A stretch of 64,000 nucleotides of DNA from Alphaproteobacteria bacterium (GTDB lineage Bacteria; Pseudomonadota; Alphaproteobacteria; Bin95), in contig OZ219787.1 in NCBI GenBank assembly GCA_964291285.2, forward strand, positions 512,001 through 576,000, in the 5' to 3' direction. Positions within the stretch are counted from its first letter, which is position 1; each line of letters begins with the position of its first letter. A model generated the notes under the pieces. It did no database searches, was not told the origin of the DNA, and was given only the letters and a program-made list of their open reading frames with translations. Of this stretch, positions 27,942 to 38,779 are shown piece after piece. The position numbers and the translations under genes are program-made.

Positions 27942-28396
27942 TCGCGGCCGACCCTTCCCACGCCGAAATCATCGCAGCCATCCACCGCGCGGCCATGCCG
28001 GAGGCTGCGTGGTCGGTGGACGCCTGGCGCAGCCTGCTCTCCGCACCCGGCGCGCGCACCCGCATCGCCATGGACGGAAGAACGGTGCCCATCGGCTTCC
28101 TGCATCTGCGCACCGCCGGCGACGAAGCGGAAGTGGTGATGATCGCGACCCACCCCTCCGCGCAGCGTCGGGGCATTGCGACAGCGCTGATCGAAGATGC
28201 CGCCGCATCTCTTGACGGTCGAACGCTGTTTCTGGAAGTAGCGGTAAGCAATGACGCCGCGCGCGCGCTCTATGCCCGCTTCGGGTTCGAGCCGGTCGGA
28301 CGCCGGCCCGGCTACTACCGCACCGCCTCGGGCCGGGAGGATGCCCTTGTCCTCCGCCTCGTCCAGGACACTGCCGGCCCCGGTCAGCGCCGGTAG
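27938..28396 (+). CDS. rimI: RimI-like GNAT acetyltransferase
   Basis: DEAEV, QRRGIA, LFLEVAVSN, ALYARFGF..VGRRPGYY; GTGA overlap with tsaB. Confidence 0.82.
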   Translation: MIAADPSHAEIIAAIHRAAMPEAAWSVDAWRSLLSAPGARTRIAMDGRTVPIGFLHLRTAGDEAEVVMIATHPSAQRRGIATALIEDAAASLDGRTLFLEVAVSNDAARALYARFGFEPVGRRPGYYRTASGREDALVLRLVQDTAGPGQRR

Positions 28397-29160
28397 TCGT
28401 CCATGCCCGCCCGCTCGAGCTGGCGCAGCAGGGCCGGCCATTCCTTGCCGACCTCGATGAAGCCGCCGCGGCCATACATCGACTTGCCCGTCGCGATCGT
28501 CTTTTCCTGGGTTGCCGGCGTGATTTCGCGGAGCGCCGCGCCGCCGGACTGGGCGTCGATCTGGTGGCGGCAGGCGGTCTCGATCCGGTACATCCACACG
28601 AACGCCTCGCCCATCGTCTCGCCGACCGTCAGCAGGCCGTGGTTGCGCAGCATCAGGATCCGCCGGTCCCCGAGGTCGCGCACGATCCGCGGCCGCTCGT
28701 CCGCGTCGGTCGCCGTGCCCTCGAAGTCGTGGTAGCCGAGCCAGCCCATGACGGTCAGCGCCTTCTGGCTGGCCGGCAACAGCCCATGGTCCTGCATCGC
28801 GACGGCGACGCCGTATCGCGAGTGCGTGTGCATGATGAAATGCAGGTGCGGCATGGCCGTGTGGATCGCGCCGTGGATGACGAAGCCGGCGAGATTGGCG
28901 CCGTGGCCGGTCTCGCTCTGCACATTGCCCTGCCGGTCCACCACGATCAGCGAGGACGCCGTGATCTCCTCGAAGAACATGCCGAACGGGTTCAGCAGGA
29001 AGGAATCCTCCGTCCCCGGCAGGCGGGCCGAAATGTGGGTGTTGTTGAGGTCCGTCCAGCCGTAGAGCGCGCACAGCCTGTAGGCCGCGGCAAGGTCGCA
29101 CCGCGCCTCCCATTCCTCGTCGCTCATGCCGACGGGCCTTCCGTCCGCGAACGTATCCAT
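28384..29160 (-). CDS. Class II aldolase/adducin family protein
   Basis: RCDLAAAYRL, HISAR, EITASSL, HTH, LRNHGLL. Confidence 0.9.
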   Translation of the reverse strand: MDTFADGRPVGMSDEEWEARCDLAAAYRLCALYGWTDLNNTHISARLPGTEDSFLLNPFGMFFEEITASSLIVVDRQGNVQSETGHGANLAGFVIHGAIHTAMPHLHFIMHTHSRYGVAVAMQDHGLLPASQKALTVMGWLGYHDFEGTATDADERPRIVRDLGDRRILMLRNHGLLTVGETMGEAFVWMYRIETACRHQIDAQSGGAALREITPATQEKTIATGKSMYGRGGFIEVGKEWPALLRQLERAGMDDYRR

Positions 29161-29235
29161 ATCCGCCGCCTCCTCGTCAGGGTCGGCGGAGCATACCCCC
29201 TGCCTCGCCTCTTCGGCAAAGTTGTCGCGAAACCG

Positions 29236-30327
29236 CTACAGGCAGCGAAGCCGGCTGTCGATGTCGGTGCGGTCGATATAGAAACCCCGCAGCCAGCGTT
29301 CCCCGGTGGACGGATCGAAGGCGTCGCGCCCGTGCAGCACCCGGCGGTTGTCGAAGGCGATCATGGTGCCCGGCTCCATCAGCGTGTGCAGCGTGAGTTC
29401 GGGCCGGCGGGTAATCGTCATCAGCCGCCGATAGGCTGCATAGTAGCGTCTCGTTGCCGCAGGATCGGCGTCGAGCCGTATCTCGTCCGCCAGGGCCGGG
29501 TTAAGGGCGATTTCGGCGAGTTCACCGTCATCGTCCAGGGCCAGGACCGGGCGGCGATGGCGCATGTCGGACACGTCGTCGATGAACCGGTAGGGCATTC
29601 TCTGCCGGCTCAGCAGGTCGAAATCCTCGGGCGCCTCGTCCCGCAAGACCCGGCCGGCGCGAAACCCGTCCACGAACAGGCTGGCGCCTCCGACAGCCCC
29701 GTTGCGCACACAATGCAGGAACTGCACGCCCGGCGGCGTTTCGAAATAGGGAAGATCGGTGTGCGGCGCGAGCGCGTGAGCTGTGTAGGCGAGGCCGTTC
29801 GGCTTGGGATGGGTATAGACCTCGAAGATGCGGCCGAAATAGGTCTCGCGGATATACGCGATGCGCTGGCCGAAGGCGACGCCGGCTTCGGGATCGTCCC
29901 CCAGTCCTTCGACCAGTGCGAGGCCGAAGCGTTTCAGGTCGATGAGGAACACCTTGAGGTCGCCGCCGGCAGCGTGGCGGGGAAGGCTTTCGGCAAGCGA
30001 GGCATCCCAGAGTTCCGGAACGATCGCCGCGGGGTCGGCCGGCTGCGGCGCGTCCGGCCTGCGGGCCTCCAGCCAGGCCATCGGCACCTGGCTGACGCCC
30101 TCGCCCTCCGGCCAGCGGAGGACCAGCATATCGTCGCTGAGTTCGACATCGTCAGGACGAATGTCAGGCGCGACGCCGGCAAGGTCGAATCGCCGCTCGC
30201 GGGTGACGGGGTCGAATGCGCCGGGTTCGTTGACGCGCATCCATATCCACGGGAAGCGCGTCGACTCACCGCCGGGCCAGCGGACCTCCAGGTCCAGTTC
30301 GTCATGCGTGATCGCGTAGGCGTTCAT
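29236..30327 (-). CDS. Gamma-butyrobetaine/trimethyllysine dioxygenase-like protein (N-terminal DUF971-like plus TauD domain)
   Basis: IRETYFG, LAYT, HTDLPY, PGVQFLHC, VDGF, FDNRRVLHGR. Confidence 0.88.
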   Translation of the reverse strand: MNAYAITHDELDLEVRWPGGESTRFPWIWMRVNEPGAFDPVTRERRFDLAGVAPDIRPDDVELSDDMLVLRWPEGEGVSQVPMAWLEARRPDAPQPADPAAIVPELWDASLAESLPRHAAGGDLKVFLIDLKRFGLALVEGLGDDPEAGVAFGQRIAYIRETYFGRIFEVYTHPKPNGLAYTAHALAPHTDLPYFETPPGVQFLHCVRNGAVGGASLFVDGFRAGRVLRDEAPEDFDLLSRQRMPYRFIDDVSDMRHRRPVLALDDDGELAEIALNPALADEIRLDADPAATRRYYAAYRRLMTITRRPELTLHTLMEPGTMIAFDNRRVLHGRDAFDPSTGERWLRGFYIDRTDIDSRLRCL

Positions 30328-30673
30328 CGTTGGACCTCCGTTCGCGCGGGCATCTTGTGGCCGGGATTTGCGATTGGCGCAGGCGGGGCGGGACAGGCTG
30401 GAGGGCGACGGGAACCGACGAGCAGCGACATGACGATCCCACCTCCCGCAACGGCCCGGCCGCCTGCTTGCGGCGCCGGTTGTCGGTGCTGGAGAAAGAA
30501 TCGTTCAGGACGGAGGGCCTTCACTTGTCGTGATGCGACCGTGCAGAAGCCCGGATGCGACTTCCGGACGGAAAAAATGCCGGAGCAGCCGGTAACGCCC
30601 TTCTTGCCGGGCCGAAACCCCGTTCTAATTCGGACTATAGTTGTCGAACCGACAAAGGTGAGGAGCGCGCGAA

Positions 30674-31087
30674 ATGAGCGAAGAGACGCCAAGCCGCCGC
30701 GACCTTCTGGAACAGACTTCGAGAATCGTGTCGGCGCACGTCTCCAACAATACGGTCGCGGTCGGCGATCTTCCCGATCTCATCCGGCAGGTTTACGGCA
30801 CCATTGCAAGCCTCGGCGAACGCCCGCAGGGACCCTCCGAACGCCCGATTCCGGCAGTTCCCATTCGCCGGTCGGTAATGCCGGACCACATTGTGTGCCT
30901 TGAAGACGGCAAGAAGCTCAAGATGCTCCGGCGCCATCTCAAGACGGCCTACAACATGACACCGGAGGAATACCGCGAACGCTGGAATCTGCCGGCCGAT
31001 TACCCGATGGTTGCGCCCAACTATGCGGCCCAACGGAGCGAACTCGCGAGGAAGATCGGCCTCGGCCGCCGCACGCCCCGCACTTGA
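30674..31087 (+). CDS. mucR: MucR/Ros family Zn-finger nucleoid-associated regulator
   Basis: IVSAHVSNN, PAVPIRRSV, CLEDGKKLKMLRRHL, YPMVAPNY. Confidence 0.95.
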   Translation: MSEETPSRRDLLEQTSRIVSAHVSNNTVAVGDLPDLIRQVYGTIASLGERPQGPSERPIPAVPIRRSVMPDHIVCLEDGKKLKMLRRHLKTAYNMTPEEYRERWNLPADYPMVAPNYAAQRSELARKIGLGRRTPRT

Positions 31088-32124
31088 TGCCGAGGCGGCG
31101 GCAGGGCCGAAGAACGCACGGCCGCACTAGGCGCGCCGCTCCGGGCGGAGTAGACTGGACCCGCTCATGGAAAGGCGCTGCTGTGGCTCTCAAGGTAAGG
31201 AAAGCGGTAAGCCGGGTGGTTCCGCGCCGGCGGGTGTCGCCGCCCGGCAAGCGCGGGCTTATCGTGCCGTTTTTCGGCCCGGCCGCACGCCGCCGGCGCG
31301 CAGCCCCCCTCGCCCAGCGCAGCCCGTTTATCGTCGAGTCCGGCGACCTCGTCGTCCGCCTGGCTCAAACGGATGCCGACATCGACGCCGCCCAGGCCCT
31401 GCGCTTCAAGGTCTTCTACGAAGAGATGACGGCGCAGCCGAGCCCGGCGATTGCGGCGGCGGCGCGCGATTTCGACCGGTTCGACCCCTATTGCGACCAT
31501 CTCATCGTTCTGGACCGCCGCCTCGGCAGCGGCTCGTCCGCCATCGTCGGCACCTACCGGCTGATGCGGCGCGATGCGGCGGCCCGCATCGGGCGCTTCT
31601 ACACCCAGGACGAGTACAATATCCGCAAGCTGCTGCGCGGTGGGCGGCAAATCCTGGAACTCGGACGTTCCTGCGTCCATCCGGACTACCGCCGCCACCA
31701 CACCATGCAGATGCTCTGGCGCGGTATCGCGCGCTATGTGATGCATTACAATGTCAAGCTGCTGTTCGGCTGCGGCAGCTTTCCCGGCGCCGATCCGGAG
31801 GCGCATGCCCTGCCGCTCTCCTACCTGCATTACGAACATCTTGCTCCCCTTGCGGTTCGCCCGAAGGCGCTTCGTTCGCGCCATGTCGAGATGCGGCGCC
31901 TTGCCCGCGAGGATATCGACGAGAGGCAGGCGCTCGCCGCCCTGCCACCGCTCATCAAGGGCTATTTGCGCCTCGGGGGCGGCGTCGGCGACGGCGCGGT
32001 GATCGATGCCGAGTTCGATACCGTCGATGTCTGCATCGTCGTCCGCCCTGACGGCGTGACCGACCGCTATCTCAGGCGCTACAGCCGCAACGGCGAAGTC
32101 ACACGGGAGGCCCTGGCTTCGTGA
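31084..32124 (+). CDS. olsB: GNAT N-acyltransferase, ornithine-lipid OlsB-like (true start probably downstream, e.g. GTG 31183)
   Basis: [52 protein letters not shown]. Confidence 0.82.
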   Translation: MMPRRRQGRRTHGRTRRAAPGGVDWTRSWKGAAVALKVRKAVSRVVPRRRVSPPGKRGLIVPFFGPAARRRRAAPLAQRSPFIVESGDLVVRLAQTDADIDAAQALRFKVFYEEMTAQPSPAIAAAARDFDRFDPYCDHLIVLDRRLGSGSSAIVGTYRLMRRDAAARIGRFYTQDEYNIRKLLRGGRQILELGRSCVHPDYRRHHTMQMLWRGIARYVMHYNVKLLFGCGSFPGADPEAHALPLSYLHYEHLAPLAVRPKALRSRHVEMRRLAREDIDERQALAALPPLIKGYLRLGGGVGDGAVIDAEFDTVDVCIVVRPDGVTDRYLRRYSRNGEVTREALAS

Positions 32125-32915
32125 TCCGGCACTCGCCGCTGCGCGCGCTCGGGCGCCTTCTGGCCTATGTCCTTTACACGCTGCCCCTGATGCCGGTGCA
32201 GGCCTTCGCCGTGCTCTTCAAACGGCCCCTCGCCGTGCGCCTGCCGCTTGCCTACCACCGGCGCTGCGCCGCGATTCTGGGATTCGACCTCAGGATGCAC
32301 GGAACGCTGAGCACCGCGCGGCCGACACTGTTCGTGTGCAACCACTCCACCTATCTCGATATCGTCACGCTGGGAGCGACGCTGCCCGCATCCTTCGTCG
32401 CGAAGTCGGAGGTCGCCGGCTGGCCCTTCTTCGGGCTGCTCGCCAAGCTGCAAAGAAGCGTGTTCGTGGACCGGCGGCCGCGCTCAACCGCCGGTCAGCG
32501 CGACGCCATGCAGATGCGGCTCGAAAGCGGCGACAACCTGATCCTCTTCCCGGAAGGCACGTCCAGCAACGGCAGCTGGGTGCTCCCTTTCAAGAGCGCC
32601 CTGTTCAGCGTTGCCGAGCGCGAGGTCGGAGGCCAGCCGCTGGTGGTGCAGCCGGTGTCAGTCGCCTATTCCGCCATAGACGGCCTGCCGACCGGACGGG
32701 CGCATATGCCGCGCATCGCCTGGTATGGCGACATGGGCATGGCGGGCCATATCTGGAACGTGCTGGGACTGGGGCGGATATCGGTGGACATCGTGTTGCA
32801 CAGCCCCACCAGCTATGCCGAGTTCGCAAACAGGCGGGACATGGCGCGCGTCTGCCACGAAGCGGTGGCCGGCGGCGTGGAGCAGGCCCTTGCCGGCCGC
32901 CTCGCAGGCGGTTGA
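32121..32915 (+). CDS. Lysophospholipid/lyso-ornithine lipid acyltransferase (PlsC/OlsA family)
   Basis: NHSTYLD, FVAKSEV, FPEGTSS; coupled to the olsB-like gene. Confidence 0.88.
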   Translation: MIRHSPLRALGRLLAYVLYTLPLMPVQAFAVLFKRPLAVRLPLAYHRRCAAILGFDLRMHGTLSTARPTLFVCNHSTYLDIVTLGATLPASFVAKSEVAGWPFFGLLAKLQRSVFVDRRPRSTAGQRDAMQMRLESGDNLILFPEGTSSNGSWVLPFKSALFSVAEREVGGQPLVVQPVSVAYSAIDGLPTGRAHMPRIAWYGDMGMAGHIWNVLGLGRISVDIVLHSPTSYAEFANRRDMARVCHEAVAGGVEQALAGRLAGG

Positions 32916-32950
32916 CGCGCCCTCGCCGAATGCTAGCTTCACGCGCATCG

Positions 32951-34306
32951 ATGCTTGAGACACCGGCAAGGCAGGCAGTGCGAAAGAAGCTGTTTGTCAA
33001 AACATACGGTTGCCAGATGAACGTTTACGACTCCGAACGGATGTCGGAAATGCTGGCGGCCGTCGGCTACGAGGCAACCCCGACCGCCGACGACGCGGAC
33101 CTCGTGGTGCTCAACACCTGCCATATCCGCGAGAAGGCCGCCGAAAAGGTCTATTCCGAGGTCGGCCGGCTGCGCGCGCTCAAGGCCCGCCGCCCGGACA
33201 TGCTGATCGCCGTCGCCGGCTGCGTCGCCCAGGCGGAGGGCGGGGAAGTGGTCCGCCGCGCGCCTGCCGTCGACATTGTCGTCGGACCGCAAGCCTATCA
33301 TCGCCTGCCGGAAATACTGGCCCGGGCCGAGCGGATGCGGGGCGGCGGACTCATAGACGTGGACTTCCGGCCTGAAGCGAAATTCGACGAGCTTCCGGCG
33401 CCCGGGCGGCCTGCGGGGCCGAGCGCCTTCCTGACGATCCAGGAAGGCTGTGACAAATTCTGCACCTTCTGCGTCGTGCCCTATACGCGAGGGGCCGAGT
33501 ATTCCCGACCGGCAGCGGCGGTGGTCGCCGAGGCGAAGGAACTCGCCAGGCGCGGCGCGCGCGAAATCGTGCTGCTTGGCCAGAATGTGAATGCATGGCG
33601 CGGCGAGGGCCGTGGCGGCCGCGACTGGACCCTGGCGCGCCTCATCCGGGCGCTGGCTGAAATCGAGGGCGTCGAGCGGCTGCGTTACACGACCTCGCAT
33701 CCCCGCGACATGACCGACGACCTGATCGAGGCGCATGGTGCGGTGCCGGCGCTGATGCCTTTCCTGCATCTCCCTGTCCAGGCCGGCTCGGACCGGGTGC
33801 TGGAGCGGATGAACCGCAAACACCGCGCTTCGGACTACAGGCGTATCGTCGAGCGGCTCCGCGCCGCCCGGCCTGACATTGCGCTCGCCTCGGACTTCAT
33901 CGTCGGGTTCCCGGGAGAGAGCGAACGCGACTTCGAACAGACACTGGGACTCGTGCGCGATGTCGGCTACGCCCAGGCCTACTCGTTCAAATTCAGCGCC
34001 CGGCCCGGAACGCCTGCAGCCGCCGACCCCCTGCAGATTCCGGAAGCGGCCAAGGGCGAACGCCTGGCCCGTCTTCAGGAGTTGCTGAACGGCCAGCAGC
34101 AGGCATTCAACCGAAACTGCGTCGGGAAACGCCTTCCCGTCCTGTTCGAGCGGCCCGGCAAACGGGACGGCCAGCTCGTCGGGCGGTCTCCCTATATGCA
34201 GGCGGTCCATGCAGAGGCGGGCGCAGCCGGAATAGGCGACCTTGCCGAGGTCGAAATCCTGGCGGCCGGCCCGAACAGCCTCTCTGGCGGGAGCCTCGCA
34301 ATTTGA
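32951..34306 (+). CDS. miaB: tRNA-2-methylthio-N6-dimethylallyladenosine synthase MiaB
   Basis: [28 protein letters not shown] radical SAM motif, C-terminal TRAM; TTGACG-16-TAGCTT promoter at 32912-32939. Confidence 0.96.
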   Translation: MLETPARQAVRKKLFVKTYGCQMNVYDSERMSEMLAAVGYEATPTADDADLVVLNTCHIREKAAEKVYSEVGRLRALKARRPDMLIAVAGCVAQAEGGEVVRRAPAVDIVVGPQAYHRLPEILARAERMRGGGLIDVDFRPEAKFDELPAPGRPAGPSAFLTIQEGCDKFCTFCVVPYTRGAEYSRPAAAVVAEAKELARRGAREIVLLGQNVNAWRGEGRGGRDWTLARLIRALAEIEGVERLRYTTSHPRDMTDDLIEAHGAVPALMPFLHLPVQAGSDRVLERMNRKHRASDYRRIVERLRAARPDIALASDFIVGFPGESERDFEQTLGLVRDVGYAQAYSFKFSARPGTPAAADPLQIPEAAKGERLARLQELLNGQQQAFNRNCVGKRLPVLFERPGKRDGQLVGRSPYMQAVHAEAGAAGIGDLAEVEILAAGPNSLSGGSLAI

Positions 34307-35283
34307 GCGAAGCGCGTCTTCAGTTCGACGACAACAGCCTTCTGCCGGCCCTGTATGGCACGCACGACCGCAACCTGGCGCGCCTTGAGCAGAAATTCGG
34401 CGTGTCCATGCGCGCCCGCGGCAACGAACTGGCCATCGCCGGGCCGGAAAGCGCCGTGGCCGCGGCACGCTCTGCCATGGATCTGCTTTACGACCGCGCA
34501 AGGCGGGGGCTTGAGATCGATCCGGGCGAAGTGGACGGCGCGGCGCGGCTTGCCGAGGTCGCCGGCATTGCCAGATTGCCCGGCGCCAGCGGCGATCTGT
34601 TCGGCATCGACAGCGAAACCGTGGAGACCCGGCGGCGCCTGATCGCGCCCCGTTCCCCCAACCAGGCGCTGTATCTCAAGACGATCCGCGAGCGCGACGT
34701 GGTCTTCGGGGAAGGCCCGGCAGGTACCGGCAAGACTTATCTTGCCGTGGCAGCGGCAGTTTCCATGCAGACGGCGGCAGAGGTCGACCGCATCGTGCTG
34801 TCGCGCCCGGCGGTCGAGGCCGGCGAGCGTCTCGGCTTCCTGCCGGGCGATCTTCGCGAAAAGGTCGATCCCTATCTCCGGCCGCTCTACGATGCTCTGC
34901 ACGACATGGTCTCGGGCGACCGGGTGATGCGCCAGATCGGCAGTGGCGAGATCGAGATTGCGCCGCTCGCCTTCATGCGGGGACGCACTCTTGCCCGGTC
35001 TTTCGTCATCCTGGACGAGGCGCAGAACACGACCCCGACCCAGATGAAGATGTTCCTGACCCGTTTGGGCGAAGGCTCGCGGATGGTGGTGACGGGCGAC
35101 CTGTCCCAGGTCGATCTGCCGGGAGGGATGCGTTCGGGGCTGGCCGAGGCGCTCGATGTGCTGGAAGGGGTGGATGGTGTCGGCGTGGTGCGTTTCAACT
35201 CTCGCGATGTGGTCCGGCATCCGGTGGTAACGCGCATCGTCGATGCCTATGACACGGCTGCGAAGGCGCGCCGCGATGGATAG
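34303..35283 (+). CDS. phoH: PhoH family ATPase
   Basis: [36 protein letters not shown]. Confidence 0.93.
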   Translation: MSEARLQFDDNSLLPALYGTHDRNLARLEQKFGVSMRARGNELAIAGPESAVAAARSAMDLLYDRARRGLEIDPGEVDGAARLAEVAGIARLPGASGDLFGIDSETVETRRRLIAPRSPNQALYLKTIRERDVVFGEGPAGTGKTYLAVAAAVSMQTAAEVDRIVLSRPAVEAGERLGFLPGDLREKVDPYLRPLYDALHDMVSGDRVMRQIGSGEIEIAPLAFMRGRTLARSFVILDEAQNTTPTQMKMFLTRLGEGSRMVVTGDLSQVDLPGGMRSGLAEALDVLEGVDGVGVVRFNSRDVVRHPVVTRIVDAYDTAAKARRDG

Positions 35284-35752
35284 GTGGACGGTCGAGGTTT
35301 CGCTTGGCGAGGGCGAATGGCCCGACGGCGAAGAGGCTGCTGACTGGTGTAGCCGCGCGGCATGCGCGGCGCTGGCCGGCGCCGGGCGAACGGAACCTGC
35401 GGAGCTTTCCGTTCTGCTTGGCAGCGATGCCGAGCTTCGCGCGCTGAACCGTCGCTACCGGGGCCGCGACAAACCGACAAATGTGCTCTCCTTCCCCTCC
35501 GGCACCGCGCCCTGGCCGGGCGGACCGCCGCTGCTCGGCGAGATTGCGCTGGCCGGCGAAACGGTCAGGCGCGAGGCTGTCGAGCAGCACAAGACGTTGC
35601 ACGATCATCTGTGCCATCTCGTCGTCCACGGGACATTGCATCTCCTCGGATTCGATCATGTGACGGAAGAGGCAGCCATCCGTATGGAGCGGCTGGAGGC
35701 GCGTTGCCTCGAAACCCTGTCGATAGCCGACCCCTACAGGGAACGGGGCTGA
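35276..35752 (+). CDS. ybeY: rRNA maturation RNase YbeY
   Basis: LNRRYRGRDKPTNVLSF, HGTLHLLGFDH. Confidence 0.95.
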   Translation: MDRWTVEVSLGEGEWPDGEEAADWCSRAACAALAGAGRTEPAELSVLLGSDAELRALNRRYRGRDKPTNVLSFPSGTAPWPGGPPLLGEIALAGETVRREAVEQHKTLHDHLCHLVVHGTLHLLGFDHVTEEAAIRMERLEARCLETLSIADPYRERG

Positions 35753-35758
35753 CCGGCC

Positions 35759-36628
35759 GTGGACACGACGCACCATACGCCGAACGGCAATGGCAACCGC
35801 CTGAAGGGCATCTGGCGCCGCCTTTCCAGAAGGCGCAGCAATGAAGGCTCGATCAGCGAAACCCTGTCGGACCTTGCGGCTCAGCATACCGAGGACGCAA
35901 CGCCCATCGACCCGCTCGAACGGGCCCTGCTGGAGAATACGCTCAAACTTCGCCGCATGACGATCGAGGATGTAATGGTGCCGCGGGCGGACATCATCGC
36001 CCTTTCCGCCGGTGCGCCGCTGGAGGAAGTCGTCGCGGCGGTCGAGCAATCGCGCCATTCGCGCCTGCCGGTATTCGAGAAGGACCTCGACCAGATTGTG
36101 GGCATGATTCATGTGAAGGACGTGCTGGCTCATATCGGCAAGCCGGAAACGCCCTCGCTGAAGGACCTCGCGCGCGAAGTCCTGTTCGTTTCGCCGGCGA
36201 TGCTGGTTCTGGACCTGCTGCTCGAAATGCGGCTCAAGCGCACCCATATGGCCCTGGTCGTGGACGAGTTCGGCGGGATAGACGGCCTCGCCACCATCGA
36301 GGACCTTGTCGAGGAAATCGTCGGCGATATCGAGGACGAGCACGATATCGCAGAGCCGCCGCAATTGGAGACACGGCCCGACGGCACGCTGGTCGCCGAC
36401 GCCAGGGCGACGCTGGAGGACTTCGAGGCCGCGGTCGGCGAAGTCCTGACCGACGACGAGCGCGAGGACCTCGATACCCTGGGCGGGCTGGTCTTCAACC
36501 TGGTCGGGCGAGTCCCGAGCCGGGGAGAACTGGTGTCGCATCCGTCGGGCCTGGAATTCGAAGTGCTGGACGGCGACCCGCGCCGGTTGAAGCGGCTCAG
36601 GGTGCGTAATCTGCCGGCGGTCGAATGA
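35759..36628 (+). CDS. CorC/hemolysin family CBS-domain protein
   Basis: DVMVPRADI, HSRLPV, VVDEFGG, EDLVEEIVGDIEDEHD, DTLGG. Confidence 0.92.
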   Translation: MDTTHHTPNGNGNRLKGIWRRLSRRRSNEGSISETLSDLAAQHTEDATPIDPLERALLENTLKLRRMTIEDVMVPRADIIALSAGAPLEEVVAAVEQSRHSRLPVFEKDLDQIVGMIHVKDVLAHIGKPETPSLKDLAREVLFVSPAMLVLDLLLEMRLKRTHMALVVDEFGGIDGLATIEDLVEEIVGDIEDEHDIAEPPQLETRPDGTLVADARATLEDFEAAVGEVLTDDEREDLDTLGGLVFNLVGRVPSRGELVSHPSGLEFEVLDGDPRRLKRLRVRNLPAVE

Positions 36629-38118
36629 GGACGCGGCTCGCCGGACTGGCGGGCCGGAAACGGCAACTGGCCGCAGCGGCCGCAGGCATTGGCGCCACAT
36701 TCGCCATGCCGCCTCTTGGCGCAACGCCGGCCCTGGCCGCAGGCCTTGTAGCGCTTGCATGGCTGCTTGACGGGACGGCACGGTTCAGGGATGCCTTCCT
36801 GACAGCCTTTGCCTTTGCCTTCGGATTCTTCGCTGCCGGCCTCTACTGGGTGGCCGGTTCCTTTTTCGTCGTCGGCGGCGCAACGGCGGTCGGCGGGCCG
36901 GCAGCCGTTCTGGGTCTGGCGGCGCTGCTTGCCTTCTTTCCGGCTCTCCCCGCTGCGCTGGCGCATCGCCTGACGCGGCCAGGCATCGGGCGGGCGCTGG
37001 CGCTGGCGGCCGCGCTCGGCCTCGGCGACTGGCTGCGCGGCCATTTGCTGACCGGCTTTCCCTGGAACCTGTTCGGATATTCCTGGCTGCATGTTCCGGC
37101 GGTCGAGCAGGCGGCCGCGGTCGTCGGCATCTACGGAGTCGGGCTGGCGACGCTCGCCATCTGCCTTCTTCTGTCCGTCCCCGACCGGCGGGCATGGACC
37201 GCGGCCGCGCTCGCGGTCGCAGCGATGTTCGCTTACGGAGAGCTTCGTCTCGGCCGCGCTCCTCCTGCCGAGGCTGCAAGCGGTCCGCTTCTGCGCCTCG
37301 TTCAACCCAATATCCCGCAGTCCGACAAATGGCGCCGCGAGGACGCCGCCGCCCACCTGCGGCGCCTGGTGCGCCTCGGATCGGCAGGCCCCGAGCCGGA
37401 CGCCGTGATCTGGCCCGAAACGGCGGTCGCCCGGCTGCTGCATTCCGAGTCGCCGCTTGTCGAGGCGCTGGGCAAGACCGTGGAAAGTCGCCGGGGATTG
37501 ATTTCCGGCGCGCCCTGGCGGGAGGACGGACGCTACTACAACAGCATCCTCGCAATAGACCGCGAGGGCCGTCTGCAAGGGCGCCACGACAAGGCGCATC
37601 TCGTGCCCTTCGGCGAATATGTGCCGCTGCGCAGCCTGCTCGGCGCGGCGAAGCTCACGTTCGGGCGCAAGGACTTCGCCGCGGGGCCAGGGCCGTCGAC
37701 GCTCGCCCTGCCCGGCATTCCGCCGTTCGGCGCGCTGATCTGCTTCGAGGCGATCTTTCCGGGCGAGGCGGTAGCAGCCGATGCGCGCCCGGAATGGCTG
37801 CTGAACCTGACCAACGATGCGTGGTTCGGCGAGACCGCGGGGCCGCACCAGCATTTCGAGATCGCGCGCATGCGCGCGATCGAGACCGGCCTGCCGGTCC
37901 TGCGAGTCGCCAATACGGGCATTACCGGCGCGGTGGACGGCTACGGCCGGCGGCTCGGCAGGCTCGAACTCGGCAGGACCGGCAGCCTCGACATCCCCCT
38001 GCCTCCCCCGCTTGCGGAAACGACCTACGGCCGCCTGGGCGACCTGCCGTTCTTCGCGGGCGTCCTGCTGCTTGCCGCCCTCGCCGCCTGGCGGGGCCGG
38101 GCCGGCGGCAGCCGATAG
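36625..38118 (+). CDS. lnt: Apolipoprotein N-acyltransferase
   Basis: TGFPW, QPNIPQ, WPETA, KAHLVPFGEY, ICFE, TNDAWFG, RVANTG. Confidence 0.95.
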   Translation: MRTRLAGLAGRKRQLAAAAAGIGATFAMPPLGATPALAAGLVALAWLLDGTARFRDAFLTAFAFAFGFFAAGLYWVAGSFFVVGGATAVGGPAAVLGLAALLAFFPALPAALAHRLTRPGIGRALALAAALGLGDWLRGHLLTGFPWNLFGYSWLHVPAVEQAAAVVGIYGVGLATLAICLLLSVPDRRAWTAAALAVAAMFAYGELRLGRAPPAEAASGPLLRLVQPNIPQSDKWRREDAAAHLRRLVRLGSAGPEPDAVIWPETAVARLLHSESPLVEALGKTVESRRGLISGAPWREDGRYYNSILAIDREGRLQGRHDKAHLVPFGEYVPLRSLLGAAKLTFGRKDFAAGPGPSTLALPGIPPFGALICFEAIFPGEAVAADARPEWLLNLTNDAWFGETAGPHQHFEIARMRAIETGLPVLRVANTGITGAVDGYGRRLGRLELGRTGSLDIPLPPPLAETTYGRLGDLPFFAGVLLLAALAAWRGRAGGSR

Positions 38119-38330
38119 GAGCCGCTGCGCGCCACTCTGCGCCCCCTGCGTCCCTCATCCTGAGTAGTGCCGGCCTTCGCCCTGCGAAGGTCGGCGCGTA
38201 TCGAAGGATGGCTGCCAACGGTTCGGGACGGTCCTTCGATACGCGCCCGCTAACGCGGTCGCTACTCAGGATGAGGGAATATCGTCGCCCCGGCTCGGGG
38301 GCCGGGCCGGCGGCAGCCGATAGGAGCCGC
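38093..38330. repeat. Identical 33-bp direct repeats (38093-38125, 38298-38330) flanking a 128-bp palindromic REP/RIME-like element (38151-38278)
   Basis: DR GGGGCCGGGCCGGCGGCAGCCGATAGGAGCCGC; outer IR TCCCTCATCCTGAGTAG/CTACTCAGGATGAGGGA; inner IR GGCGCGTATCGAAGGA/TCCTTCGATACGCGCC. Confidence 0.9.
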
Positions 38331-38341
38331 CGGCGCGGGCG

Positions 38342-38779
38342 CTATCGCTCGGTCCATCGCCGCTTGCGGCGGCGGCGGGCGAGGCGGCGGTCGCGCTCCA
38401 GGCCGTGGCGCTTCAGGAAGCGATGCACCGTGGACGAGCCGAACGACAGGCCCTCGGCGGCGAGCGCGTCGCACAGCCCCCGGATGGTAAGCCCCGGCCG
38501 CGCCTTCAGGATGCGGAAAATCCGCTCGCGCTCCGGCTCGATCCGGGAGACGTCGCCCCCCATCGGGTCGCGCCGCACATGGCCGCGCTCGCGAAACCGC
38601 CGGACCCAGTTGCGGACGGCGCTTTCGCTAACCCCGAAGCGCCGGGCCGCGGCGGCGGCGGCGACACCCTCCTCCAGCACCGCCGCGACCGCCCGGCCCC
38701 GCAGGTCCTCGCTGACCGGGCGGCCGCGCCGCTGCTTTCCCGAAACGCCCGCCCGACCGCTCGCCGCTTCCATCGTCAT
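38342..38779 (-). CDS. IS630-family OrfA-like HTH protein without the DDE half
   Basis: SEDLRGRAVAAV, AARRFGVSESAVRNWVRRFRERG, PMGG, LTIRGLCDAL, STVHRFLKRHGL; RBS GAGGAGG. Confidence 0.8.
   Translation of the reverse strand: MTMEAASGRAGVSGKQRRGRPVSEDLRGRAVAAVLEEGVAAAAAARRFGVSESAVRNWVRRFRERGHVRRDPMGGDVSRIEPERERIFRILKARPGLTIRGLCDALAAEGLSFGSSTVHRFLKRHGLERDRRLARRRRKRRWTER

Noticed and set aside
38093-38330. Two identical 33-bp repeats as a mini-CRISPR
   Set aside because: Only two copies, 172-bp palindromic interval, no cas genes, and the repeat is a copy of the lnt 3' end.
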